Origin: Octopus vulgaris
Lineage: Eukaryota
Direction: 5' to 3'
Length of the DNA: 64,000 nucleotides
NCBI GenBank assembly: GCA_951406725.2
Contig: OX597814.1
Span: 123,008,001-123,072,000 of the forward strand
Shown: positions 11,853 to 27,219 of the stretch, in pieces
Layout of the letters: each line of letters opens with the position of its first letter
How positions within the stretch are numbered: position 1 is the first letter of the stretch
Program-made: the position numbers and the translations under genes
Notes under the pieces: generated by a model
Databases searched by the model: none
What the model saw: the letters and a program-made list of their open reading frames with translations, nothing else
What the model was told of the DNA's origin: nothing

Positions 11853-12779
11853 CCACTTATCTCTCTGTGGTTATCAAAATTCTAAGGATGGAGTTCTGTT
11901 TCTTATAGGAAGAATTCTAATAAATATATGAATGAATAAGTGAATAAATAAATCACGAACATATATACATATGAATACATACATGAAGATGTATGTAAAT
12001 AGATATCAGTGTAAGTACACTACTAACACGAATCATTCATGAACATATTCAGTGGTATAAGATGAAAGGTATGAAAAGTAGAGGCAGCAGCAATAACCGA
12101 GTATATATAAGCAGAGAGCTAGAGAACCAATGTTGCAGAACGCAAGCCGAAACTTGCAACTGAATCTAACTGTTGGCTTCAGAAATAGATATTTCACGTC
12201 TCAATATTTGGTCAGTTCTATTTGTATTCACTTTTCAAGTTTGCAATCAAAGAGAACCGGTGTGCTCTGGATGATAATTTCTATTTCGTATTATTACATA
12301 GCGGTTTCAATATCAGAGTGAAGAGATTTTTTTTTTTTTAATTAATTTAGTTTAAAGGAAAATTGGTCTATGGACTATGATCATAAATATTAATTCCTTT
12401 ACTTATTTTATATCACACATTATGAACAGCAGTGTCGTTGCTTATAGATCTTCAACGGGCCAATCACTGGTTCACTGAGGCGAGAGTAACAAGGAATAAT
12501 CTATGCCGCTCGGGTGGAACAAATACCACGTGGTATTTAGGGTTTCCGGAGGGAATAGGGACCAATATTCAATAAAGTTTGATGTCCAGTAGATTCTATA
12601 TAACGTATAGAATTGTAGTTTCTTTATAATTTAAGCTATGTCATTCAATAAGATTTATTGACTGTTATAAATTTAATTAAATATAAATAGTTCGTTTCTT
12701 CATTTGTGCAAATATATCATTTATAGTTACCTTTGACTTATTCTTATTTTCTATTCACCGAATTCTGAAAGTATTATGA

Positions 12780-13200
12780 TTATCAAAAACAAAAGTAAAA
12801 AAGAGGATGTGACCATTCATATATTCAATATGGATTCACATCTAACATCATGAAAGAGATGAAAAACCGCAAAGTGGTGTCTGTAACAAAGCACTGCTAA
12901 ACGATTCAATGAAGCCAACGAAGTTAAAGCACCATTCTCAGGATGTTCATGCTCAACACAAGGTCAAGGATAAAAGGTTTTTTTTGTTTTTTGTTTTTTG
13001 GAAATTCATCGGAATGCTCTGGAAAAAAGGATTTCCAGGCGATTAAACTCGTTGTTGGTTTTCTTGTAGGAAAAAATTCAAAATGTGCAGCCATTGAATT
13101 CTCGTCAAGTATTGGCCGTGTTTGAAAAATATGAATATGTGCACATAACTGCACCATCCTGGTCACGAACGAAATGGGTGTTATCAATAATTGTTTCTAT
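12780..13200 (+). pseudogene. hAT (Charlie/Buster-like) transposase N-terminal remnant
   Basis: SYIQYGFT..EKPQSGVCNKALLNDSMKPTKLKHHSQDVH resembles the YxxxGF..PQCVICxxxLxNxSMKPxKLKRH BED finger. Confidence 0.55.
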
Positions 13201-13283
13201 GTTTGAGGAGAGATATCAAGTGTTACGTTATATGTGTGAATGCTTCTCTGTCTCTCTCTCCATATATATATATATATATATAT

Positions 13284-13657
13284 ACTCTTTTACTCTTTTA
13301 CTATTTTTTTTTGTTTCAGTCATTTGACTGCAGCCATGCTGGAGCACCGCCTTTAGTAGAGCAAATCGACCCCAAGACTTATTCTTTGGAAGCCTAGTAC
13401 TTATTCTATCGGTCACTTTTGTCGAACCGCTATGTTGGGGGGACAAGCACAGACACACAAGCATGTACACACATACATAAAAAAACATATATACGACGGG
13501 CTTCTTTCAGTTTCCGTCTACCAAATCCACTCACAAGGCTTTGGTCTGCCCGAGACTATAGTAGAAGACATTTGCCCAAGGTGCCACGCAGTGAGATTGA
13601 ACCCAGAACCATGTGGTTGGTAAGCAAGCTACTTACCACACAGCCACTCCTGCGCCT
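13284..13657 (-). mobile_element. SINE family A with internal deletion
   Basis: Head to tail present; GAACCGCTA joined directly to TGTTGGGG (~40 bp missing). Confidence 0.85.
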
Positions 13658-13661
13658 ATGG

Positions 13662-13784
<123 letters not shown>

Positions 13785-14084
13785 AATAGGAAAATGGAGA
13801 GGATAATCAATCGCAAGCATCAACCTGTAGACATTCATTTAGATCTATTTATTAACTGATTACAGTCATATGTATAAGTAATCAAAATAAACAAATGAAA
13901 TAAGCAAACATACAAGTAAATAAACAGATAAATAAAAATAAATAAATGAATAAGAATAAATGAGTGAAGAAATACTAAAGTCTTACAGCTGTCTCTATTA
14001 TGGTGTTGCCCAATCTGCCAAGTTTTCCAATTCATACCAGTAATATACAGGGATTATATGAAGGTTGAACAAACATTATATATA

Positions 14085-14331
14085 AGCACAGGAGTCACAG
14101 TCTGGTAAAAAGCTTCTTTCCCAACCACATGGTTCCAGGTTCTGTCACACTACGTGGCAACTTGGACAAGTGTTTTCTAACATAGCTTGGTGGACGGAAA
14201 CTGAAAGAAGCTGATCGTATATATATTGTTTACACACCCGTCTTCGTCTTTTGTTGTGTTTGTTTTTTTTTGTAAATTCCAACTATATATAAATATATAT
14301 ATGTGTGTGTATGTATGTATGTACGTATATA

Positions 14332-14423
<92 letters not shown>

Positions 14424-14607
14424 TTTATACGTATGTCTGTGTTTGGCTTGTTTACAACACCTTAACTTAGCGGTTCGGCAAAAAAGACTGATAGAATAAG
14501 TACTAGCCTTACAAAGAATAAGTCCTGGGGTTGATTTATTCGACTAAAGGCGGTGCTCCAGCATGGCTGCAGTCAAATGACTGAGACAAATAAAAGAATA
14601 AAAGAAT
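14085..14607 (+). mobile_element. SINE family A, diverged, with extra sequence in the internal microsatellite
   Basis: Head 14085-14220, tail 14460-14607. Confidence 0.75.
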
Positions 14608-15336
14608 ATATGAACATATCTCGATATGTAACTATATGCATGAGAATACATATATAAAACATGCAAATTTACACATACATACAAAAAAATACCCTGTTGT
14701 TGATGTCGAAATTGTAATGAAGTAACCTTGGATCAAGGTTAGAAACCGGTTCTTTCTTTATTGGCAAGAAATTTTGAAATAAACTGAATAATGACATACA
14801 TACATACATACATACATACATACATACATACATACATACATACATACATACATACATACTTATATACATACATATATACAAGGTAAAACCTTAAGGCCGA
14901 AACAATACGAAATGAAATACAAAACTAAAGTACAAAAGTGAAGTTTGACCTGGTATTGCAAATATTGTGGGTAAGACCCTCTTCATCAGGACACGTGGAC
15001 AAATACAGAATGGAATAAAATTATTATCGTTGCTCAGTTATGTAGCAAAAGTTAGTGACATGCACAGAGTGGTGTTGCTATAATAGCCAGTTTGCTTTGT
15101 GTAGCTCATTTCTGTTGTTTAATGCTGGTTATAGTGAGGCTTCCTTGGTCCGAAGATTGCCTATATTTTTATCTAATGTTGCACATGTGCTTGCATCTAA
15201 TGTTAAATTCCACAACGTTCCACCTAAACTACTCTGTTCTAACGTGTAGTTCACACGCGCGCGTGTGTGTATGTGTGTGTGTGAATGAGTGTGTGAGAAA
15301 GTGAGTGTGTGTGTGTGAATGTGTGTGTGAGAAAAT

Positions 15337-15375
<39 letters not shown>

Positions 15376-16155
15376 CAATTTTTATACCAATTAAAGCTTA
15401 TCCAAACACTTCAACTCACACAAAACAGTGATTCCTACCAATGAAGGATGTGCGATACAGAGTTTAACTGCTTCTACAGTTATAAATGTAACATACTTAT
15501 AAGATAAATATATCAAAAACCGAGCAAAAGACAAAGGTCACTCTATTTTAGGCTTTTAAGCTAGTCAATTTACACGGCAGAAATATAAAGCAAGTTGTAA
15601 TTGGCATACTTTTTGTGACATATTTTTCACAATTCATCATTCAATATTTGCTATGTCAGCGTAGATATGCATGTATGTTCTGTTAGATGTATGTATTATT
15701 CGTGTATGTGGCTGTTTTATTTTTGCTTTGTTTTGTAGTTTTCTTTTTCGTTTGTTTTTGCCTACAAGGTATAGGGACATGTCACGAGAATGAAAGCAAA
15801 TATCCATTTTTGTTGACCAGTTACGCCTCCTGTTGTTATTTGCTCTTACTAAAGCGTTATATTATTTTTTTATATATCTCGAACACATACACATAAAATA
15901 TAAACACACATACACACATATGTACACACATACCTAAATACTAACGCATAAACGTGTAAATACACACACACACACACATATACATACATACAGACTGACA
16001 GACAGACAGGCAGACAGTCAGACGCAGTACATTTACAGATAACACAGACATACAATCCGACATAATAGATATACACATGGTGCACACTAAGTAATATAAA
16101 TGAGATAAACACTATTTTTTTTACTTATAAAATTGCACAAATACCAGCCTACACA

Positions 16156-16195
<40 letters not shown>

Positions 16196-16204
16196 CACAT
16201 ATAC

Positions 16205-16405
<201 letters not shown>

Positions 16406-16686
16406 CAAGCAGTCAAACTGTCGTACACAACCATAAAGACATCAAACCGAACAGAGAGTGTTACAGTTCTTATCGCTTCATCAGACACAGGTAAACGAGA
16501 CTGTCACCGTTTAAACAAGTCTATGTACACAGTTACAAACATTGACACTCGTTCACATTTTATCACAAGTAAAAATATTATACGTTCCACATTAAAATAA
16601 AATAAAGTTAGTTACTCTACATTAAAGCATACATCGGCAAAATAAAATATTTCATATATGTGTGTATGTGTGCGTGTACGTTTAAA

Positions 16687-16727
<41 letters not shown>

Positions 16728-16794
16728 GCATATATGTGCATACATAATAAATACATACATATATATATGCATATATATACACAGACATATATAT

Positions 16795-17200
16795 AGTGGC
16801 TGTGTGGTAAGTAGCTTGCTTACCAACCAAATGGTTCCGGGTTCAGTCCCACTTCGTGGCACCTTGGGCAAGTGTCTTCTACTATAGCCTCGGGCCGAAC
16901 AAAGCCTTGTGAGTAGATTTGGTAGACAGAAACTGAAAGAAGCCTCTCGTATATATGTATATACATATATGTGTGTGTGTGTGTGTGTGTGTTTGTGTGT
17001 CTGTGTTCCCCCCCCCCCCAACATCGCTTGACAACCGGTGCTGGTGTGTTTACGTCCCCGTCACCTAGCGATTCGGTAAAAGAGACCGATAGAATAAGTA
17101 CTAGGCTTACAAAGAACAAGTCCTGGCGTCGATTTGCTCGACTAAAGGCGGTGCTCCAGCATGGCCGCAGTCAAATGGCTGAAACGAGTAAAAGAGTAAA
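16795..17200 (+). mobile_element. SINE family A
   Basis: Full body including ACCTTGGGCAAGTGTCTT and GTAAAAGA tail. Confidence 0.9.
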
Positions 17201-17549
17201 GTGTATACACAAACACACACATATATATATAGATATATATATATATATATATCTTTATTGTTTTTACGTATTTTTGATTTTTTTTTTTTTTCGAGTAACA
17301 TCGTCCGTTTTTCCGTCACCGTGTTGTATACTTTCGAGGTTTTCTTCCAAGGAATCTAATGCGATTGGCTTAGATTTCCCTTGGGTGGCTGCCCAGATTG
17401 GAGCAATCTCAAGATTAATCAGCCGAAATTGCGAAGATGATCTGGTTCTTGACTGATGACTGAGAGCTTCGAAAGTCCCGTCTGTGTGTTTTTTTGCCGT
17501 CTTCAAAATGTTTCACGTTCTTGTCCCAGTTTGTGTTTTTTAACGTTTA

Positions 17550-17601
<52 letters not shown>

Positions 17602-17604
<3 letters not shown>

Positions 17605-18482
17605 GATGCGGTGAATAAACTGTCATCTAAATTATGCAAAAGTAAAAATAACACTGGTATCTCATTTTAACAGATATATTTATCAAAATTATGAAAGAAT
17701 AACTTGAAATACTAAAGAGTAAATTTATTCAATAAAATCGCCATTGGTTTCAACCACGTCCACCAGACGACATCGGAATCTCCTGCAACTCTTTTCGACG
17801 GTTTCCTTGTTTAAGTTGGTCAATCGTGCCGTAATCCTTGCCTTCAGTTCCTCTTTGATGTTACGAAGAGTTTTGTTGGTCTCTCGCTCAATTGCGCTCC
17901 ACACATAATAATCAAAGGGATTTCAGTCTGGGGAGTTAGGTGGGCAGAGTTAGGGGCGATGTGATCGTAGAAATTGTCTGACTGGGTTCTCCTGCTTGTG
18001 TGACATGGTGTAGATACCTGTTGCCAGACATAGGGTCTTTGAGCAGCCACCCTCTTGACCCAGGGCAGCACTACCTCCTCCAGGCATTTCATGTAGGCCT
18101 CTGTATTGAGTCTGAGGCGGTGTGGGAAGATGAATGGAGGCATAATATCGACATCAGTAGTGATCACTCCAAACACCATGATGTTGATTGGATGTTTGAT
18201 TTTTTATCACTCTCGGTACATGTCCACAGATTGCACTGTCCTCAGATTGATACCCAAATACTCTGAAATGTTCATATTGGAATTTCCGCCGCGAATGCCA
18301 AGAAGTACAACATGTCGTTTCCAAATTTCCGGCAGAGTGAATTGCGTCATGGTACTGTTTTTTCTCACAGACGGTGCCCAACTGATGCTACTATTCTGTG
18401 CAGTCTACAAAATCAAAAGCAAACAATGCGCATGTGCGAAATTAAAGATATAAAATGGCGTCAATCTACCCATCGCACCCAG
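17602..18482 (-). mobile_element. Internally deleted Tc1/mariner element, probably DD37D (maT-like)
   Basis: Imperfect TIRs CAGGATGCGGTGAATAAACTG / TCAATCTACCCATCGCACCCAG with TA flanks; minus peptide MVFGVITTDVDIMPPFIFPHRLRLNTEAYMKCLEEVVLPW..PYVWQQVSTPCHTS, then frameshifted NPFDYY. Confidence 0.75.
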
Positions 18483-18896
18483 TATGTGTGTGCGTGTGTG
18501 TGTGTGCATATGTATGTATGTGAGTGTGTGTGAATGGTCTATTCAGTTTCTTGCTACTCAGTTTCACGTGAAGATAAACATGATCTTCAGGCAAGTTGTT
18601 TATATATAAAGACGGTGAAAGTGGATGGCGGGAGGGAGGGGTAGACAGAATAGATAGAGAGAGAAAGAGAGATACTCAGGCATGTTATACACATAAGATA
18701 TATGTATGCATCTTTGAATAAGCGTATGCATCTATGTTTCTAAACTTACAAGTATATATATATATATATATATATGTATGAATGTACATATGTATGTATG
18801 TTTATATGTATGTATGTAGGCATGTATGTATGCGTATATGCATATATATACGTATATATTTATATATATGTGTGTATATGCATGTATGTATGTATG

Positions 18897-18930
<34 letters not shown>

Positions 18931-19013
18931 TGCATGTATGTATGTATGTACGCATGCGTCTATCGCCATTGGCTTCAACCACATGTATGTGTCTATGTAT
19001 CTATGCATATAAG

Positions 19014-19071
<58 letters not shown>

Positions 19072-19148
19072 CACATATATACACACACACACACAAACAT
19101 AATATAATATACATATAATTTACATTTCTGTGTATACATATGAATATG

Positions 19149-19186
<38 letters not shown>

Positions 19187-19207
19187 ATATGTATATATAT
19201 ATGTATA

Positions 19208-19263
<56 letters not shown>

Positions 19264-19726
19264 AATAATCATATATATATATGTACAAATAAACATATAT
19301 ATATATATATATACATATACAAATAAATGTATATACATATATACACGCCCCTCAGTGATATCCCACGAAGATATAGTCATTATCATCTTTGTTATTTGCG
19401 ATTTTGTTTCGGTTCAGGCGTTTTACACTAGCTGGTCTCTTTGATTCAGTTCAATTACAGAATGAATTTCACATTACTCTCGCTCACACCATTAGATATA
19501 ATCTTTTGCACATAGATATGCACACACCTATCTATACCTTCATGTGTGTGCGCTTGTGTGTAGCTGTGTACGTGCAGACATATGTTTCCGTGTCATTAGA
19601 TCGCTACGTATCTTTCTCACTCTCTCTATTTCTCTCTCTCCCTTTCTCTACCTATCTATCTACGCATATATACATATATATGTTTCGATCAAAGATTGGT
19701 CCAGGCCATGTCTAACTTTAGATATA

Positions 19727-21344
19727 CAGTGGCGGCCAAAATGTTCAGAACGGCATTGTTTTCGTCAGAAAAGTAGATATAATTTTTAATCAAAGTTGTT
19801 TTATATTCTATAATTTTAACAGACAATAAATACAATATTATTTGTTATTGCCGCCTGAGATTTTGGTGTAATTTGAGGAGATAATAATACAGTGATTTAC
19901 TGCAAAACCCGTGCCGGCCAAAATGATCAGAACGGTTGCTTTTACTCTGTGTTTTAGTATATTTAACAGGCGAACTCTAATGTTTTGAATTTGTTTACGT
20001 GACGGTTCGTTTACTAAACATTAGTAAGAATATCTGCAGTGTACTTTGTTAATATAATGCCACTTACTCCGTTACCAAATCGTCAGCAGATTATTAAGCT
20101 TCGAAGGAAGGATAATTTAAGTATTGGATCTATTGCAAAGATTGTTAACAAGTCAAAAAGTGTTGTACACGGTATTCTTAAGGTCTACGATGATTGTGGT
20201 TCGTGTGAAGCAAGAAAGTGTACAGGTAGGCCAAGAAAAACGACCAAGAGAGAAGATCGTGCTATGGTAAAGTTGGTTAAAAAGGACAGATTTAAAACTG
20301 CTGCTGCTGTTTCTCGGAAAATGAGCATTGTATTGAAGAAAACTTTATCTCGAAAAACTGTGTCTCATCGTTTAGTTGAACATGACCTACAAGCAAGAGC
20401 ACCTGCAGTGAAGCCATTGATCAGCTCCAAGAATAAAAAGTGTCGTCTTACCTTTGCAACCGAACATGTGTTGTGGTCTCAAGAAAAATGGCAAACGGTG
20501 CATTTCAGTGATGAATCTAAGTTTATGTTATTTGGCTCAGATGGGAAAAGGTACGTTCGTAGAAAAGTAGGTGAAAAATTGTCGCCTAAATGCTTTAAGA
20601 CTGGTGTTAAATTCGGTGGAGGAAGTGTCATGGTTTGGGGGATGATATCTGGAGATGGTGTGGGCTCTTTGGTGCGATTACATGGAAAGGTAAATGCAGG
20701 AGTTTATAAACAACTTGTAAAAGATCATGTCTTGCCTGTGCTGAGAAATTCAACTAAGCGACCACCCATATTCATGCAGGAGAATGCCCCATGCCACAAG
20801 GCTAAGGTGGTCATGAACTTCCTCAAGGCTGAAAAGGTTATTGTTATGGATTGGCCTGCTCAAAGCCCAGATCTCAATCCTATTGAAAATGTATGGAATA
20901 TTCTAGGAGAACGTTCGAAAGCCAGAAATCCTAAAACAACTGAGCAATTATGGAATGCCCTTCAGGAAGAATGGAATAAGATCACCCAGCAAGAAATTGA
21001 AAATTTAATTTCCTCATGCAGTCGAAGATGTCAGAGCGTGATTGAAGCTACTTTAGCTTCACACTAAATATTAAATAATTCCAGTATTCTCTGTCATTTT
21101 TTATTATTTTGTTATTTTTTTCAACCGTTCTGATCCTTTTGGCCGCCATGGGGTTTGCAGTAAATCACTAAATCATCCATAACTTTTGTATGATCCTCTC
21201 AAATTACACCAAAATCTCAGACAATAACAATTAATAGTGTATTTATTGTTGTGAAAACTATAGAATATAAAACTACTTTGATAAAAATTTATACTTACTT
21301 TTCTGACGAAAACAATGCCGTTCTGAACATTTTGGCCGCAACTG
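19727..21344 (+). mobile_element. Full-length Tc1-family transposon of IR/DR type (1618 bp)
   Basis: TA|CAGTGGCGGCCAAAATGTTCAGAACGG ... CCGTTCTGAACATTTTGGCCGCAACTG|TA; ~210-bp TIRs with inner direct repeats at ~19915 and ~21125. Confidence 0.95.
20057..21067 (+). CDS. Tc1 transposase (DD34E class; second D substituted by E)
   Basis: Paired-like HTH with GRPRK, VHFSDESKF, VMVWG, FMQENAPCH, WPAQSPDLNPIENVW; 34 residues between QE and PIE; first ATG at 20057. Confidence 0.9.
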   Translation: MPLTPLPNRQQIIKLRRKDNLSIGSIAKIVNKSKSVVHGILKVYDDCGSCEARKCTGRPRKTTKREDRAMVKLVKKDRFKTAAAVSRKMSIVLKKTLSRKTVSHRLVEHDLQARAPAVKPLISSKNKKCRLTFATEHVLWSQEKWQTVHFSDESKFMLFGSDGKRYVRRKVGEKLSPKCFKTGVKFGGGSVMVWGMISGDGVGSLVRLHGKVNAGVYKQLVKDHVLPVLRNSTKRPPIFMQENAPCHKAKVVMNFLKAEKVIVMDWPAQSPDLNPIENVWNILGERSKARNPKTTEQLWNALQEEWNKITQQEIENLISSCSRRCQSVIEATLASH

Positions 21345-21357
21345 TATATATATATGT

Positions 21358-21395
<38 letters not shown>

Positions 21396-21397
<2 letters not shown>

Positions 21398-21441
21398 TCA
21401 CACTCACCCAGATACAAAGATATACATGCATAGTAACAGTT

Positions 21442-21477
<36 letters not shown>

Positions 21478-21614
21478 TTATACCTACATACATACAAGCA
21501 TTCATGTATGTGTATGTGTATATACATATTTATATTTATATATATACATACATGTATAGTATATATATTTTTTCAGACATAAATTTTACATGAATGTATG
21601 TGTATATCTATTCA

Positions 21615-21646
<32 letters not shown>

Positions 21647-21695
21647 CTCACACTCACCCAGATACAAAGATATACATGCATAGTAACAGTTCATC

Positions 21696-21726
<31 letters not shown>

Positions 21727-21858
21727 CCTACATACATACAAGCATTCATGTATGTGTATGTGTATATACATATTTATATTTATATATATACATACATGTA
21801 TAGTATATATATTTTTTCAGACATAAATTTTACATGAATGTATGTGTATATCTATTCA

Positions 21859-21865
<7 letters not shown>
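21396..21865. repeat. Tandem duplication, ~245-250 bp, immediately right of the Tc1 element
   Basis: ACTCACACTCACCCAGATACAAAG..TTTTCAGACATAAATTTTACATG occurs twice (21396, 21646). Confidence 0.9.
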
Positions 21866-21931
<66 letters not shown>

Positions 21932-21965
21932 TATACAGGTATGTATGTATATATGTATGTAGATA

Positions 21966-22029
<64 letters not shown>

Positions 22030-22060
22030 CTGTGTGCGCTTGTGTGTATCCTGTTGCCAT

Positions 22061-23176
<1,116 letters not shown>

Positions 23177-23202
23177 CAAAACAAACTAATATCATCCTTC
23201 GT

Positions 23203-23420
23203 CAGGCGGCCTGCTGGCAGAATCGTCAGCACACCGGAAAAAATGCTTAACCCTCTTCGTGTTCTGAGTTCAAATTCCGCCAAAGTCGACTTTTCGTTTT
23301 ATCCTTTCGAGGTTGATAAAATATATACCAGTTAATTACTGAGATCGATGTAATTGAGTTGCCCATCCCCAACCCCTGGAAAATTCTAGGGCCTTGTGTT
23401 TATAGTAGAAAAGAATATTA
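23203..23420 (+). mobile_element. SINE family B
   Basis: AGGCGGCCTGCTGGCAGAATCG..GAGTTCAAATTCCGCC..GTAGAAAAGAAT. Confidence 0.75.
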
Positions 23421-23769
23421 TTCCTCGTCAGCAAACAGGAATCAGACCTTTCTTATGCATTCAAATTGACTTTCAGTGATTAATTATTGATTTTTTTTTT
23501 TTTTTGTAATTATCTTTGTAATTGTTGCTGGTCGTTTTCTTTTTGTTTTATCTTTTCTGCTCCAATTAAATAACATTTTAATTAATTAAAAACTTACCAT
23601 TTTTGTATATCTTGGATGGGAGAATTGAGTAATACTGACCGCCATTTTCTATCAGGTCAAGTAACCGTGCAGAAACTTTATCACTGTCTGGAGGGACAGT
23701 GAAGGATTTGAAGTGGAAATGGTGGGTACTGTGAGAATGATTGCCACAATAACAGTAACAGTGGTGGTG

Positions 23770-23816
23770 ATATTGATGATGACGCTGATGACGCTGATGA
23801 TGATGATGATGATGAT

Positions 23817-23902
<86 letters not shown>

Positions 23903-24205
23903 GGATCATCATCATCATAGTTTCACTTTCCTTGTCATCGATAGCAATGATTGTACTGGTGATAACGATGTGGTTGACGATAACGATGAGCAGGTGGAAG
24001 AAAAGGTGGTGGTGGTGTTGGTGGTGTAGGAGGAGGAGGACGAGGAGGTGGACGAGAAGGACGAGGAGGAGGACGAGAAGGACGAGGAGGAGGACGAGAA
24101 GGACGAGGAGGAGGACGAGAAGGACGAGGAGGAGGACGAGAAGGACGAGGAGGAGGACGAGAAGGACGAGGAGGAGGACGAGAAGGACGAGGAGGAGGAC
24201 GAGGT
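23770..24205. repeat. (GAT)n/(ATC)n microsatellites and a 21-bp minisatellite GGACGAGAAGGACGAGGAGGA (~7 copies, 24050-24203)
   Basis: Direct reading. Confidence 0.95.
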
Positions 24206-24726
24206 GAGGAGGTCAAATTTATTTTAATTTCTTATTGTTTAGCAATGGGCCAACTGAGATCGAGCAGACGTGTGATCAAAAGCACCCCCATCTTTCAGGG
24301 CCATGTAGTGCCTCCTCTAATCTATGCACTTTCCATATTTAAGATTACTCGCTGTGACTTGAGATAAAAATATTCCACTGCTATTTCTAGCAGATCGAAC
24401 GACTAACAAATTTGAGAAACGTGTACAATACAGGTGTGATTCTGTCAGAAGACAAAATACCATAAATTTCCATGCACCCATATACCCGCTGCAAAGAACA
24501 GCAACAATCTCATTTCCTTTTTTACCAAATTATTGTCAAACAAGCTTTATCTTAGTTTCTGTTGTATTTTATAATTGAAAGCAAGGCTTCTTTTACTGAT
24601 TATCGCCCAAAAAACAAAATATATAATCTTTACCAATGGAAAAACAAATATTTATTATCTAATCTCTGTCTGGACTCAATACAATAGAATACAATCATTG
24701 GTTAATAATGAAAAAAGCAACATTTC

Positions 24727-24779
<53 letters not shown>

Positions 24780-24799
24780 CATATATATATACATATATA

Positions 24800-24848
<49 letters not shown>

Positions 24849-25154
24849 CGTATGCATGTATGTATATGTATATATATATATATAGATATGTGTGTGTGAG
24901 TGGATATACACACACACATATATACATATACATATATATGCATATATATATGTGTGTGTGTGTGTGTATTTATGAATATATGTATGTATATGTATGTGTA
25001 TATATATGTATATATTTATATATAGATATATATTTTATATATATATGCATATATATATATATATAAACATAAATATTATATTCTTATATATACATCTATA
25101 TTTATATATTTGCATATACACTTATACATATATATATATACACACATACATACA

Positions 25155-25193
<39 letters not shown>

Positions 25194-25626
25194 ATTACAT
25201 TGTATTAAGATTGGCTGCAGACGGTTTGAACCTAAACACAAATGAACTCTTAGCTCATTGTTCTCTAACATGTGGCAGACAAGATATAAGAGATTTATCT
25301 AGAGTCTGTTTCCACTTCCAGCCTCAATGTTTTGTATGTGTGTGTGTGTGTGTCTGTATCTTGTCTGTGTGTGTCTCTGTGTGTATATGTGTGTGTGTGG
25401 TGATGTGGGTCTGTGATATAATGTGTGTGTGTGTGTGTCTATCTGCTAATTAGCAATCAGTCAATTTTGGTAATTAGTGGCAAACATAATGGTTTGTTTG
25501 GTTGTGTAGAATAAGAACTTAATGAAGGCTGCTCAAGTCTTGTTCTGCAAGATCTGATTGGCAACGTCTAATGAATTTATTATTATTGTTGTCGCTCTTA
25601 GAGTCGTTATTGCTATAGTAGTAATA

Positions 25627-25688
<62 letters not shown>

Positions 25689-25966
25689 CTACTACTATTA
25701 AGACGATTTCGGCGGCGGTGATGAAGTTGGCGCTGCTGATAATGATGTTAGTGGTAATGATGATGATGATGATTATAATGACGATGATGATGCCGACGCC
25801 GACGACGACGACGACGACGACAATGATACGATACATGTCCTGCAGACAGAAGTTTATAAATTACAGAAACTGGAAAAATATAAAAATATAAACATTAATA
25901 TTGATGTGTGTACATATACATTTGTACATGTATACAAAGTTGTAGAGAAACATAAACGTTAGGCAT

Positions 25967-26027
<61 letters not shown>

Positions 26028-26215
26028 CAGCAGCAGCCATGCTGTTTAGCACCCCATCAGCTCGTTCTATTAACCCTGTAACCAAAGAGCCTTTCATCAC
26101 ATCCTTTTATACATCCACTACCACATTGTTCAATGGGCTTCTCTCATTTTTTTTTTAAGAATATAGTGAGGTGTACTTTGGGAGAGGATTTGGCTACTAT
26201 GCCTGTCAAGTGAAG

Positions 26216-26514
26216 GCACATGACCTAGTGGTTAGAGCAGCGGACTCGCAGTCGAGGGATATCGGGTTCGAATCTCAGACCGGGCGATGTGTGTGTTTAT
26301 GAGCGAAACACCTAAGCTCCACGCGGCTCCTGCAGAAGGTAATGGCGAAACTTCTGCTGACTCTTTCGCCACAACTTTCTCTCACTCTTTCCTCCTGCAT
26401 CTTGCAGCTCACCTGCGACAGACCGGCGGCCCGTCCAGGTGGGGAACCTATACGCCATGGAACCTGGGAAACCGGCCCTTATGAGTCAGGCGTGGCTCGA
26501 GAAGGAACAAACAC
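26216..26514 (+). mobile_element. SINE family C with 9-bp target-site duplication
   Basis: A box TGACCTAGTGG, B box GGTTCGAATCT, (ACAA) tail; CAAGTGAAG on both sides (26207-26215, 26515-26523). Confidence 0.85.
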
Positions 26515-27219
26515 CAAGTGAAGCGACCACCGAAGGAATCTCTCACAAGTTATTCATCGATATAAACATTCCTGTCCACAAAGTGACTGACCCACAACCA
26601 ATAAGCTATAACGTTCCACGTCTGTAGAAGAAAGTCCTGTTGGAAATACCAACTTCTTACTGGTGTGGAGTGAAACAATAATCAGATTCTATATCAACAA
26701 AAGTGGACACTCGCGGTCTGGTGGTTAAGGTAATGCACTTTCAAACGCAATATCGTTGTTTCGATTCCTGGACCGCACAGCGTGTTATGTTCTTCAGCAA
26801 AACTTTTCATTTCATGATGCTCCAGTCCACTCAGTTATAAATGATTAATCTTGCGACCGAGAGAATGTTGTGACCTCGATCACTTATACGATATGGAAAC
26901 CGGATATGTGGCCTTTTGAATCCCAGGACCTGAGAGTGTGATGCCCGGTGTAACGTGGTAAATTTTGGTATATACTCAAAAGTATTCAAAAATTTTATCC
27001 TTTTGGTTACAATATTCTTCTTAATAATCTTGATAACCCTAACTTTTAACTTTATACAATATAGAATGTTAGTGTTGTCTGCTTCAATGACTGTATTGCT
27101 AGAATAGTACAGGACTGTAAGCACCTCACAGCATTTCAAATCCGAGAGGACAATCATTTTCATAACTTGACCCAAAAATAAGTTACGAGAGAGCAAGACC
27201 ATATCTGACTACTAGCTAG

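Noticed and set aside
14965-15000. HHR on minus strand (CTGATGA-AGA-GGGT-ctt-ACCC)
   Set aside because: No GAAA or stem I partner follows
23655-23725. Exon after TTTTCTATCAG
   Set aside because: Plausible splice sites but no recognisable peptide, and it runs into low-complexity sequence
23713-24216. Arg-rich or Pro-rich protein (protamine- or extensin-like)
   Set aside because: Product of trinucleotide tracts and a 21-bp minisatellite
26216-26290. tRNA gene (also the heads at 44444 and 50396)
   Set aside because: A and B boxes are present but run straight into a repeated SINE body, with a TSD at 26216; no Pol III terminator or clean acceptor stem
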